NCBI GenBank assembly: GCA_000004985.1
Contig: GG738845.1
Source: Naegleria gruberi
Taxonomy: Eukaryota
Direction: 5' to 3' (one strand)
Length of the DNA: 64,000 bases
The notes under the pieces were generated by a model. The model ran no database searches. It was not told where the DNA came from and saw nothing but the letters and a program-made list of their open reading frames with translations. The position numbers and the translations under genes are program-made. Position 1 is the stretch's first letter, and each line of letters starts with the position of its first letter. Of the stretch, positions 45,128-55,196 are shown one piece after another.

Positions 45128-46291
45128 ATGGCCATCGCTACCTCTCCAAAGTCTTCAGTGCTAAAAGCCACAAACACAAGCACGGGAGCAACCTCAACTC
45201 CACCAACATCACATACATCCCCGAAGAGAAATAATAACAACAATAAGGATGGACAACAAGTGTTGAGGAAGATTTATAGGTGCGACTCTGAAATTAAACG
45301 TATGAAGGAACAAGATGAAAAGCAACTACGAATAGAAAGATTAAAACAAGTCAGACAAATGGCTATGGATATTGCAAAAAACAAGACAAAACAATATGCA
45401 CAAGCAAAGGAAAAGGAAAATCAAAGTAATTTGAAGGTAATCAAAAAAGCATGGGAAGAAAGAAAGGAAGAAGAGATTGATCAACTCCAAACAGAGTTGG
45501 ATTATGCTAGAAAAAAAGCTGGTGAAGCCAATAGGAATGCACTCCAATTTAATAAGGAATTCCATCTTCAACAACAGAAGAAACATGAGCAAAATAAGGC
45601 AAACGCTTTAATAGCTCAACAGAGGTTTGATAAATGTGTCAGTATTGTCAAACAAAGACAGGTCGAGAATCAAAAGAAAAAGGATAATCTCTTTGAAAGA
45701 ATTGAAAAATCAAAGAACATGGAATATCCAGAAATTGAGCCTGTCCACAATGGATATGAAAAGTTGTTTGCAGTTCCATCTCGTGACCTGAATGATGTAG
45801 TGGCTGGTTGGAATCCTACCAAAAAGAGAGAAGACCAGGGAATTTACGAGACGACGTTTAATCACCAAATGGTTTTAGAACCAACCTCACCAGAAAAGCA
45901 AACAGCTATTAAAGTTAATCAACATGTGGTCAAACATTTTGATAAACAGGCTGGTGTTGATGTAAATAATGAACAAGCCGAATTGACCTTAGAGGAAAAA
46001 AAGAGGACAGCTTTGCAAAGAGCATTTTCAGAAAAGAGATTTGCAAGAAAAGCCGCAGAAAAGGTGCGAAATGAAAAATTTAATGAGATTATTGTTGAAG
46101 AATTAGAACGAGTATCCAAAATTGATAGACAACTTAAAGTTGAGTCCATACAGAATCCTTCTAGAAATACTCTGGCAGACAATCAATACAAGAAGAAAAA
46201 GCAAATGGAACTGGAAAGAAAATTTGAAGAGCTCTTCAGAAATAGGGTCCATTTTGCAGATAAACCAGAAGAAAAGAGCAGTTACTTTTAA
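45128..46291 (+). CDS. Hypothetical coiled-coil protein, K/E/Q-rich
   Basis: 387-aa ORF. An E2F-like motif, ATCCCGCCAAAA, lies 38-49 bp upstream of the ATG. Confidence 0.4.
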   Translation: MAIATSPKSSVLKATNTSTGATSTPPTSHTSPKRNNNNNKDGQQVLRKIYRCDSEIKRMKEQDEKQLRIERLKQVRQMAMDIAKNKTKQYAQAKEKENQSNLKVIKKAWEERKEEEIDQLQTELDYARKKAGEANRNALQFNKEFHLQQQKKHEQNKANALIAQQRFDKCVSIVKQRQVENQKKKDNLFERIEKSKNMEYPEIEPVHNGYEKLFAVPSRDLNDVVAGWNPTKKREDQGIYETTFNHQMVLEPTSPEKQTAIKVNQHVVKHFDKQAGVDVNNEQAELTLEEKKRTALQRAFSEKRFARKAAEKVRNEKFNEIIVEELERVSKIDRQLKVESIQNPSRNTLADNQYKKKKQMELERKFEELFRNRVHFADKPEEKSSYF

Positions 46292-46295
46292 TAAA

Positions 46296-47006
46296 TTATT
46301 GTTTTACAAATTCTCCTGAATCAGTTTGGTCGTAATCTTCATTGAAAGTTGCATTGCCCTTATTGGAAGTAGTTGGTGCAGCTCTCACTTGCTCATTGGT
46401 TTCATAATACTTGACAGCTCTCTTGGAATCAACATAATTGAAAAGTCTTTCCATAATATCAGAATCCCTCCATCGTTCTGGTAATTTTTCTTTCCATTCA
46501 GGATCTTGTCTATCAGTTTCAGTTGCAATAAGCCAATTATACAAGTCACTGTCATGTTCACAGAGTAAATCATAAAATTCCTCAAGATCTGACCATTGAG
46601 TCATCTTTGGAACATTCTCTCTAGCAAAACCACCCAAGAAGAGTTCAGTTTCAACACGACCTCTATTTCTACAATACATGAGGATACGACGTTTTATATT
46701 GTCCATAAAAGCTTGTTCCTCTACTGGTGTCATATCTTTGATTGATTTTCCTTCTGTTACTGCCTTTTCTAAAATTTCATGAAAATATGGTGGACGGAAG
46801 TCTGGAATACTCTTGATAATCTCTTCATCAGTTAAATATTCTTCTTGTTGTTCATTTTCGGAAATGTCTTCTTCCGCATTATTATTTGAAAATTTAATAC
46901 ATTGTGTTGAAAAACGTGCCAATGAGAGATGATTAAAATTCTTGGTGAGAGGTATGTGGTTAAATTTCTTGATTGAGCAAAATTGATACTTGATTAAACG
47001 ATTCAT
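46296..47006 (-). CDS. Succinate dehydrogenase assembly factor 2 (SDHAF2/Sdh5, FAD-insertion factor) with an N-terminal presequence
   Basis: KRRILMYCRNRGRVETELFLGGFARENVPKMTQWSDLEEFYDLLCEHDSDLYNWLI matches the flavinator domain RR.LYESRKRGMLE..LL..F....M....L..YD.LL...D.D...W. Confidence 0.7.
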   Translation of the reverse strand: MNRLIKYQFCSIKKFNHIPLTKNFNHLSLARFSTQCIKFSNNNAEEDISENEQQEEYLTDEEIIKSIPDFRPPYFHEILEKAVTEGKSIKDMTPVEEQAFMDNIKRRILMYCRNRGRVETELFLGGFARENVPKMTQWSDLEEFYDLLCEHDSDLYNWLIATETDRQDPEWKEKLPERWRDSDIMERLFNYVDSKRAVKYYETNEQVRAAPTTSNKGNATFNEDYDQTDSGEFVKQ

Positions 47007-47160
47007 TTTTTTTTTAAATTGATAGTAAAATTAATTGAATATTTAATTTTCATTCTCCGAAATTTATTGGGTTAAATACAAAATCAAGAAATTGAAAAGA
47101 ATAATAAAGAGAATGAATTAATAAGGTTGGTGGTTAGTGTTTTATTGGTACAATTTATAT

Positions 47161-47628
47161 TTACTTTTGCATCATCATCTTGACGAATTCAGTATAGTTG
47201 ATTTGGTTATCACCGTCAATATCGGCTTCACGAATCATTTCATCAACTTCTTCGTCTGTGAGTTTTTCACCTAGGTTGCACATAACGTGTCTGAGTTCTT
47301 GAGCAGAAATGAAACCGTTTCCGTCCTTATCGAAAACTTTGAAAGCTTCCTTGATTTCTTCTTCGTTATCAGTATCCTTCATCTTCTTGGCCATCATTGT
47401 CAAAAATTCAGTGAAATCTATTGTTCCATTACCATCAGCATCAACTTCGTTAATCATGTCGTGGAGTTCTGCTTCAGTTGGGTTTTGTCCCAATGATCTC
47501 ATAACAGTTCCCAATTCGCTTGTAGTAATAGTACCATCACCGTCCTTATCGAACAGAGAGAAGGCTTCCTTAAATTCAGCGATTTGTTCTTCAGTTAATT
47601 CGTTATTGCTAATAGCTTCTCTACTCAT
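47161..47628 (-). CDS. Calmodulin of 155 aa with a 7-10-residue N-terminal extension, the flagellar CaM-1 type
   Basis: [72 protein letters not shown]... carries four canonical EF-hands. The ORF track begins at 47730 only because it treats the TTG at 47728-47730 as a start. The first ATG is at 47626-47628. Confidence 0.9.
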   Translation of the reverse strand: MSREAISNNELTEEQIAEFKEAFSLFDKDGDGTITTSELGTVMRSLGQNPTEAELHDMINEVDADGNGTIDFTEFLTMMAKKMKDTDNEEEIKEAFKVFDKDGNGFISAQELRHVMCNLGEKLTDEEVDEMIREADIDGDNQINYTEFVKMMMQK

Positions 47629-47719
47629 TTTGTATACAAGGGTCTTCGTTAGGGATTTTTTTAAGGTTATGTTTTTATTCGGTTGATGTATTGGCCAATT
47701 TATTGTAACTACAGTATTT

Positions 47720-47731
47720 TTTGGCGCCAAA
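47720..47731. promoter_or_regulatory. Perfect 12-bp palindromic E2F-type site, TTTGGCGCCAAA, in the divergent calmodulin / CCRK-like promoter
   Basis: Seen directly in the sequence. It matches the E2F consensus TTTSGCGC on both strands. It lies about 92 bp upstream of the calmodulin ATG. A second half-site, TTTGGCGC on the minus strand (gagcgccaaac), lies at about 47843-47852. Confidence 0.45.
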
Positions 47732-48257
47732 GATTTACAACGTTGTTTTCGTAGGCGAACTGGTTAGAAAGCGCGTCTTCTAGATTAATTGGCCTTTCAT
47801 CGCTAATCACACTCACTACAAAATTCAGAACCACAAGAGATGAGCGCCAAACAAGTGCTATCAGTGCGACAATTAGGAAAATAGCGAACCCTTAATGAAT
47901 GGAAGGTTATTATCTTCTCATAAACAATGATCACTTTATAAACCAATACTTTTTCTCATCAGCATATATGGTTTTAACATTGTTTTTTTTGAAATATGTC
48001 GTAATGGGTTATGGTTGAATACAGGTCCTACTACTAGTTCCTTATTGGATGTTTCCCTCATGTGGAAGTTGTGCCCCATGAGTTGAACTTTGTTAAGGTA
48101 CTTTGTCATCCCTATATTCACAACTTTTGAAGAGTGACCAATTGTTATCTTTGAGTATTGGTGGGTTTAAAAGGATGATTTTTGTTCGAACACGCTCATA
48201 CAATGGTTTCATACAAATGAATCAAAGAAGTTGGTTTTGTATGCAACAAAGTAAAAA

Positions 48258-49285
48258 ATGGCCACAAACTACTTGATGGAAAATTATACAATTATTGAGA
48301 AGATTGGTGAGGGAACATTCGGACAAGTATTAAAAGCAAAAAGGTAAGTAGTAAAAGGAAGATAATGATCTTTAATATAATTTAGGAAGGCTGATGGACG
48401 AGTTGTGGCCTTAAAGAAAATTAGAATTAGGAAACAAGAATTTGAAGACTTTCCGAAAAATGTAATTAGAGAAGCAAAAAGTCTTCAACATGTGTGCCAC
48501 AATAATGTCATCAAGTTGTATGATGTCTTTGTGAATGGATCATCTCTTGTTCTCTCATTAGAATTTATGAAAACAGATTTGGCAAGAATTATTAAAGCCC
48601 AAAGGACACCCTTCCTTGAGTCTCATATCAAATGTATAATGCTAATGATGTTAAAGGGTCTCCACAATTGTCACACCAATAGTATCATGCACAGAGTATG
48701 TAGGAAAGTGTAATTATTTAGAAATTAATTATGTGGAATTATTAGGACATCAAACCTGCCAACTTACTTTTCAATCACAACGGAGAGTTAAAACTGGGAG
48801 ATTTTGGATTGGCTACGTTGTATCTTGGAAAGAATGAATCTTACTCACATCAAGTTGCAACAAGATGGTACAGAGCTCCAGAACTTTTGTATGGAAGTAG
48901 ATCTTATGATTGTAAAGTAGATATTTGGGCAGCTGGTTGTGTCATGGCAGAATTGTACAATCTTTGTCCCTTATTCACTGGTGAAAATGATATTGATCAA
49001 TTATATAAGGTACTTTCACTTTTGGGAATTCCTTCAGAAAATAATTGGCCAGGAGTTTCCAAGTTGCCAGATTTTGGCAAGATAACCTTCTCGAAAATTA
49101 AAGTGAGAACGATCAGTGAACTAGTTCCAGGAGCTCCTGATTTGGCTCTTGATCTTATGTCACATCTATTAAGATTTGACAATGATGAAAGATATAGTGC
49201 TGAGGAGGCCTTAAGACATCCATACTTTTTTAGTGAACCTTTGCCTTGTGATTTTTCAGAGCTTAAATTGCCAAACAAGATGTAG
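48258..49285 (+). CDS. CDK20/CCRK-like cyclin-dependent kinase. Three exons: 48258..48343, 48386..48695, 48746..49285.
   Basis: The spliced protein is MATNYLMENYTIIEKIGEGTFGQVLKAKR|KADGRVVALKKIRI...NSIMHR|DIKPANLL..LGDFGLA..YSHQVATRWYRAPELLYG. The introns are 42 and 50 nt, with GTAAGT or GTATGT donors and a TTTAG or ATTAG acceptor. The sequence is closest to CDK20/CCRK in the PNxxxRE-type regulatory-helix region NVIREAKSL. Confidence 0.8.
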
Positions 49286-49357
49286 TCGTACTTTGAGAGC
49301 TTTGAGAATAGCTAATCATTTCTTTTTTCAGGATGTATTGATACATTTTATTTACAA

Positions 49358-50620
49358 TTATTCTACAAGGGCTTCAAACTTATCAATTGGATCAGCATTG
49401 ATTGGTTCTGTATTGGAATTCCAATCAAACTTGAGAGAGACATACACTCCCTTATTATTACAAACGAGAATGGATTCATCATTAGTCTCAAAAGTACAAA
49501 CTGACACACCATCAATATTTGGATATTTAAATGTGCTAGTAGGTGTAGTTTCAAGAGGTTCATAAATTGTGGTTGTTACATAGCTCCAAATTGTTGATAG
49601 ACTAGAATTGGCAGAATTTTCAGTGTTGCTTGCTAGTCTGGCTTTCCACTCTTTAAAGTCTACTACAAACACATGGAGTGTCTCTCTAGAAACACACGAT
49701 ATCAAGTCTCCCTTATGATTAAAAGTGAGAGAATAAATTTCCTTTGCCAAATTACCTCTTCTGAATTCATGAATTTTCACACCTGTATCAATGTTGAACA
49801 CTCTTACCAACGTTCCCTTCTCAGAAACAGTTGCCAACATGGATCCATCCTGATTCAAGGCAACACATCTTATTGAAGATTCATGAGCTCTAATTGTAAT
49901 TTCAGAAATTATTTCATAATTTTCGTGGCCAATGGTAACAACCTTTACCTCTCCAACTTGTTCATCCAAAATAGCCAGCAAGTACTCTTTCTTTTGCTTA
50001 TTGTAAATAAAGGTGGATATACCATATGAATTGAGGGTTGTCTTCCATGAGTGTACTTGTCGTTTGGTTTGTAAATCAAAAATATACACCATATCCTCAG
50101 CAACAACAGCAAATCTGATAATTCAAGTTTGATTATTACAATAAATCAATTAAATATAATTAAAATCAAATAATAAACTTACAAATTCTTCTTTGAATGA
50201 ATACTTATAATATTCCTTGGGCAAATCAACTCATTTGTGACCTTTCTTTCTTTATAATTGTAAAAAACAACCTTATTCATTGCAAATGCTGGTCGAGAAC
50301 CTCCTCCGACAAGGGCAACTGTGCCCTTATCCTCATCCATGAAACAAACAAATGAAATTCCTCCATCAATAAATTCTAATGTTACGATGATGATTAGTCT
50401 AATCAACAATTTAAAACTCACTATGATCAAATACCCTCTCACAAAATCCGTAAGCACACGAAATAATTCTAAACCCTTGATCCTTTCCGTAGGCTAACAT
50501 TGTAGAATCTTGGTTAAATCCGATGAATAGAGTATTATTATTATTGGTGTTGCTATTCGATTGCTCTCCAACAGCATTGTCAGAACCAACATTACTTCTC
50601 GGAACGACCACAAAAGACAT
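49358..50620 (-). CDS. WIPI/Atg18-type PROPPIN WD40 protein. Three exons: 50422..50620, 50183..50375, 49358..50114.
   Basis: The FRRG phosphoinositide-binding motif is present in IHEFRRGNLAKEIYSLTF. Exon 1 is MSFVVVP..LFIGFNQDSTMLAYG..FCERVFDH with a GTGAGT donor. Exon 2 is ..KFIDGGISFVCFMDEDKGTVALVGGGSRP.. and exon 3 is ..LFAVVAEDMVYIFDLQT... The introns are 46 and 68 nt. All junctions were frame-checked against the ORF track. Confidence 0.75.
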
Positions 50621-50874
50621 TTTTTACTTTTAGTTGTTTGAAACGTGTTATAACTAGATTTAAAAATAGGAAGGAATTGGAAGCAGTAATAACCATATGT
50701 TTAATTGATAAGAAAAAGGGAGGTTACATTTGGAGAGAAGGAAGAAAGGCAGTCCTCAATATGCAGATGAGACTTGGATCTTTGTAATTGAAAGAATGCT
50801 CTACTCTATTGTTTTAATTGTTTTAAAATGATGAAACGGTAACTTTTAAAAGAAACAATCACCATTTTAAAAAA

Positions 50875-52455
50875 ATGTTCCACAACACCTTAGACGTTGT
50901 TGATAAGCCTTACATTCTCAGTAAAAAAATTAAATTTGATGAGGACGACGATAGTGAGGAGAATAGGGATGATTCCGAGCAGGATTATTCATCAGAGGAT
51001 GACTACTCTTCTGAAGAGTCTTCAAATAATCAACAACAACAGGAACAATTAACAATTCATACAGCTCTTCCACAACCAGAATCTAAGAAACCCACCAAAT
51101 CCAGTATCACTGATGTGTTGATAGATAAATTCTATTATGAAACAATGATAGAGATGAATATTAAGGATATTAACTCCAGTAACGGACACTTGCCTGACTT
51201 TAAAGCAAATATTAACAATGTGAATAATGCCAAAAAGAAGTCCCTAGAAGAAATTAATGAGGATGAAATAACGAGTAAAGCCCTTTTGCTTTCCCTGAAG
51301 AAGGATTTGGAGAATGAAATTAGATTTGCAGAGAATGATCTTAGTGATCTCAATGAACAGGAAACCATTTTGTTGATGGGAAATTCAAGATTACAATCGG
51401 AAATTAACTTTAACAAAACTCTTGCTGAGGAAGAAACATCAAATATTTCAGATCTTGGAGAGTTGTCTAAAATAGTGGAGATGGAAGTTGAAAAGAAGGA
51501 GTCTTCAGAACAGAAAAAAATCATAACAAACTTGGAAAACTCAGACAATGACGCTTTTACAAACTCATCCATTGCTTATAACATGTTGAAATTACAATAT
51601 CAAATAGAGGATGCTTCTAGGAAATTGGAGGAAGTAAATTCCATTCACAATCAACATCTCATGGCAAAGAGAAGAAGGATGATAGAAAAGCTCCACCTCA
51701 AAGAAATTAATCAACAAAAGTTAAATTTTGAGAAGAGGGTCAGCGCAGAAACAAAGAGAATTGAAGATAAACACAATCATGATCTTCAAAAACTATTGGA
51801 AGAAAATAGAAAACTCGAAGAACAGGAGCAAATGTTGGAGAGTAAGCTAGAGTTTGTTGTAAATGAAGATGGTGAACAAATTATGAAAACTATGGAAAGG
51901 GTAATGTCAATGTTAAAAGGAAGAGAGGAACTTCCAGATGGAAACTATATTAGTGTTTCCAGAGCAATTGGGTATTATTCCCAATTAAAAGATGCAACCG
52001 AGAAAAATCAATTCACGGTCAAACTCTTTAAAAAGTTTTTAAGGGAACACAAAGAATTCGGCTTTTTCGTATTTGATTTTGAAGACTTTTACGCAGCAGC
52101 CAAAGTGGAGGGTAGCAGTCTTCAATCAGATCAATTAATGACAACCAGTCGAAACATCGAGGAACCTATTCCACAAAAGGTCATTCTCGATCCAACAGAA
52201 AATTTGTACAATAACAGAGAGGAAATGCCCAAGTTTGTCGAACAGGAAGTGCCATCACAACAACGAACACCCTTGCTTAGAAAGAAATCAATTGGAAACA
52301 ATTCAATGTTGACACGATCATCCAATAATACCTCCAATCAAGGCACCAATAGATCGCTCAATAAGAGTGAGGGAAATGCAACAGCACAAGATGTGCTTAA
52401 AAGAAGTATGGGTGTGCTGTCAAAAATCAATCAGATCAAAAAAAATAATAAATAA
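50875..52455 (+). CDS. Hypothetical coiled-coil protein of 526 aa with an acidic N-terminus
   Basis: ORF only. It contains an acidic DDDSEENRDDSEQDYSSEDDYSSEE tract and long heptad regions. Confidence 0.4.
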   Translation: MFHNTLDVVDKPYILSKKIKFDEDDDSEENRDDSEQDYSSEDDYSSEESSNNQQQQEQLTIHTALPQPESKKPTKSSITDVLIDKFYYETMIEMNIKDINSSNGHLPDFKANINNVNNAKKKSLEEINEDEITSKALLLSLKKDLENEIRFAENDLSDLNEQETILLMGNSRLQSEINFNKTLAEEETSNISDLGELSKIVEMEVEKKESSEQKKIITNLENSDNDAFTNSSIAYNMLKLQYQIEDASRKLEEVNSIHNQHLMAKRRRMIEKLHLKEINQQKLNFEKRVSAETKRIEDKHNHDLQKLLEENRKLEEQEQMLESKLEFVVNEDGEQIMKTMERVMSMLKGREELPDGNYISVSRAIGYYSQLKDATEKNQFTVKLFKKFLREHKEFGFFVFDFEDFYAAAKVEGSSLQSDQLMTTSRNIEEPIPQKVILDPTENLYNNREEMPKFVEQEVPSQQRTPLLRKKSIGNNSMLTRSSNNTSNQGTNRSLNKSEGNATAQDVLKRSMGVLSKINQIKKNNK

Positions 52456-52473
52456 TATCAGAGGAAGAATGTA

Positions 52474-53126
52474 TTACTCTTCATCGCTTTTTGTTTCAGA
52501 TTGTTGAACTTGTTTGTTATTCTCCCTTACTTGACTAACCTTTTTAGAAATGGAAGAAAGAAATGCATCTGCAGACACATTTCCTTTATCATTAGTTGAG
52601 GCAAAAACTCCTTGTTGGGAAACTTCAGGTAATTCCTCTCCTCTTTCAATTCTCCTCTTTTTTTCATTTTCTCCCTATTGATATGTTTTTCAACAATTTA
52701 ATGATAATAACAAATTATTTTTACAATAAATCCACAAATTGAATCCACACTTACAACATAATAAATCAATCCAACAATAAATCCAGCAACAATCATCACA
52801 TTACCCAAATTTTGTGCCAATTTAATTCTTTCTTCTTGTTTTTCCTTTCTCTTACTACCATCCAATTTAGCAGTTAAAAATTCAGATAATTCTCTTTTAA
52901 TATTATACATCTTTTCTTGTGCTTCCTTTCTATCCTTCTTTCTTTCCTCCTCGACATCATTATTCAATAATTTATTCCAAGTTGAAAATGATTTTCCAAA
53001 TTCTTTTCCTGATATTAAATAGTGTTGTCTAAAAGTATCATTGTTGCAACAATTATGTGTTTTAGTTACGATAGTTGCTCGGATTATTCTTCCTTGATTG
53101 AATGCACTTTTTGATTGTTTAATCAT
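52474..53126 (-). CDS. Small hypothetical membrane protein. Two exons, 52755..53126 and 52474..52674, with an 80-nt GTAAGT..AATAG intron.
   Basis: ORF 52698..53126 has a basic N-terminus and a TM segment VMIVAGFIVGLIYYVV, followed by a GTAAGT donor. The downstream exon, GENEKKRRIERGEELPEV..SDEE*, is open in frame. The gene is convergent with the upstream plus-strand gene and only about 19 bp separate the two stop codons. Confidence 0.35.
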
Positions 53127-53204
53127 TTTTTTAGTAAAATTAATTATTTATCAATTAACACAATAATTTACATATGAACAATATTGAGAATAATAAAAGA
53201 AAAA

Positions 53205-54999
53205 ATGAATGAACAAGTATTATCGAGTACACTTTCACATTTTGAAAGTCTATTCGAAGTTCTTTTAGAAAAACAACAAGAAACTTCTGAACAATTACAA
53301 GAAATTATTTCCGAAAGAAATTCAATATGGCACGAAAAGATTATTCCCAAAATTGAACAATTGTATTATAAAAAGAGAGAATTTCATTTAAATAATGAAT
53401 TTCTCTCGTTAAAATCCAATAGGATGGATTCTCTTGTAAAGGAATTAATCGGAAGAGAGGATGAAAAACAAAACAGATTAATTGAGACTAGAAACATTGT
53501 TAAGGATAAATTTCAAGACTTGTTTAAATTGATAGGGATGGAAATGGATTATTTACATAATTTATCTAACTCTTCAAAAATTGGAGAGGATGCCAAGATC
53601 TTTCTGAAAATTCCAAAGAATTTGGATACTGAAGGGAGAATTGATTATTTATTGAATAATGTAGAGGAAAATATTAGAAACGAGTATAAGGATAAAAATC
53701 AATTGAAATATTACGAGATTGGGAAAAAGTTTGTTGAATATTTCAATCAGAGGGAAAATGAAAAAATTAGGAAAAACAACAAGATCGTCCTCAAGGAACA
53801 AAAGGACAAGCCAATGAATGAAAAATTGAACCAGCTGAGAGGGTTCATTGAAGACACATTCCATTTCAGTACAAGAAAAAAGAGTGAGTAATTTAATTGA
53901 GAATATTGATGGAATATTAATAGTTATCCAAAGTGCTAAATATGTATTATATTGCAAGATTAAATTCAATTATCATTACAATTTTCAACAAATACTGAAT
54001 CAGGAATCAACCATAACAACATTTGATGCTTGGTGTGATAAATATTCAATACTGGAACGGTTCAATAATGAAATAAGGGAAGTATATTACAAACGACAAT
54101 TATTTTCCAATAGTGAGGAGTATGATTTGAATATTCTCAAACCTAGTGTTGAAATAACTAATCATTCAACATTCAACCTCTCCAGAAAAATCTCAGAACC
54201 AAGAAATAACAATCCTATGAAAACTATTCTAGGTCTATATTTATTTTCCCTAATACTTTCAGATCCTATTCTACTAGGTCAAGACGAAACAAAAGTACAA
54301 AGCCTAAGAATATTATTTATTGAACTTGTAAATCGAACGCAATTCAAACATTTTTCTCGGTTGTTGCCTGATATGAAATTGTCAATATTAACAACTAATC
54401 TCGTAAAACTGAAAAGTGAAAAACAGAGCTATTTAAGGTACTTAATTAGCAAATATCAAACATCTCCTCAAGATGAAAAACTACTAAGATTAATGTTTAC
54501 TCTACATAATTGTGGAGTCAACAAGCTTTCTCAAACAAAAAAGAGGGAATTGGAGAAAATTGCAATGTCCATGATATTTCGAGAAGCTGCCAATTGTATT
54601 TCCATTAATGATTTCATGGTCATGTCCAAACTGTATAATATTGAAAATATCATTTCACCTTTATTAGTGGGTAAAAATTTGGAGTTTATCCCTACCGTTT
54701 CAAACCAGAAAAATCATGTCGAAGAATTGTTCCAATTATGGGACATCTTCAGTGAGTTGTTAGAAACATTTAAACAGAACCAGGTTGAAATGATTAAAAG
54801 AGCGAGAATGGAAATAACAGAGAGTATCAAATATATTTGTCAAAAATTGACATCACTTGTGATTTCATCTCAAGAGGGTTCCCTTTTACTTGTAGAAGAA
54901 ATGTTTTCACTTTTGGAATCTTCATACCATTCCCTTAAACATTTTCCTGATCTGCAAAATATGATTGAGCACACCCTTCAGTCCATAATAAAACTGTAA
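53205..54999 (+). CDS. Hypothetical protein of about 590 aa. The two overlapping ORFs are probably joined by a ~40-nt GTGAGT..AATAG intron near 53882..53921.
   Basis: ORFs 53184..53891 and 53848..54999 overlap in different frames. A donor A|GTGAGTAATTT and an acceptor TTAATAG|TTATCCAAAG join them as ..HFSTRKK|IIQSAKYVLYCK... The first ATG is at 53205; the track start is a TTG. Confidence 0.4.
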
Positions 55000-55196
55000 T
55001 TCTATTATGATTTCACATTTATTCTTAATAATTATCAGAGTCTCACACAAGTTCTTTAGCATTTCTATAGATTACAAAGTTTAATCACTATTTATCCACA
55101 TAGTACAGATATTCTCCGAATCTGTGATCTATTATGAAAATAGCTAGTGTATTTTCTTACTCACCTCTTTCAGGATGGTAACATCATGATAAGGTG

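Noticed and set aside
47629-47730. An apparent 34-aa N-terminal extension of calmodulin (MAPKNTVV...) shown in the ORF track.
   Set aside because: The codon at 47728-47730 is TTG, not ATG. The ORF track displays alternative start codons as M. The same applies to 32095, 30947, 5802, 614 and 59370. The first ATG gives the canonical 155-aa protein.
47740-47870. A GC-rich patch in the calmodulin/CCRK intergenic region (ggcgaactggttagaaagcgcg...) examined as a possible tRNA or other small RNA gene.
   Set aside because: I could not fold it into a cloverleaf. There is no 7-bp acceptor pairing and no GTTCRANYC T-loop box. It is more likely a promoter or 5'-UTR sequence.
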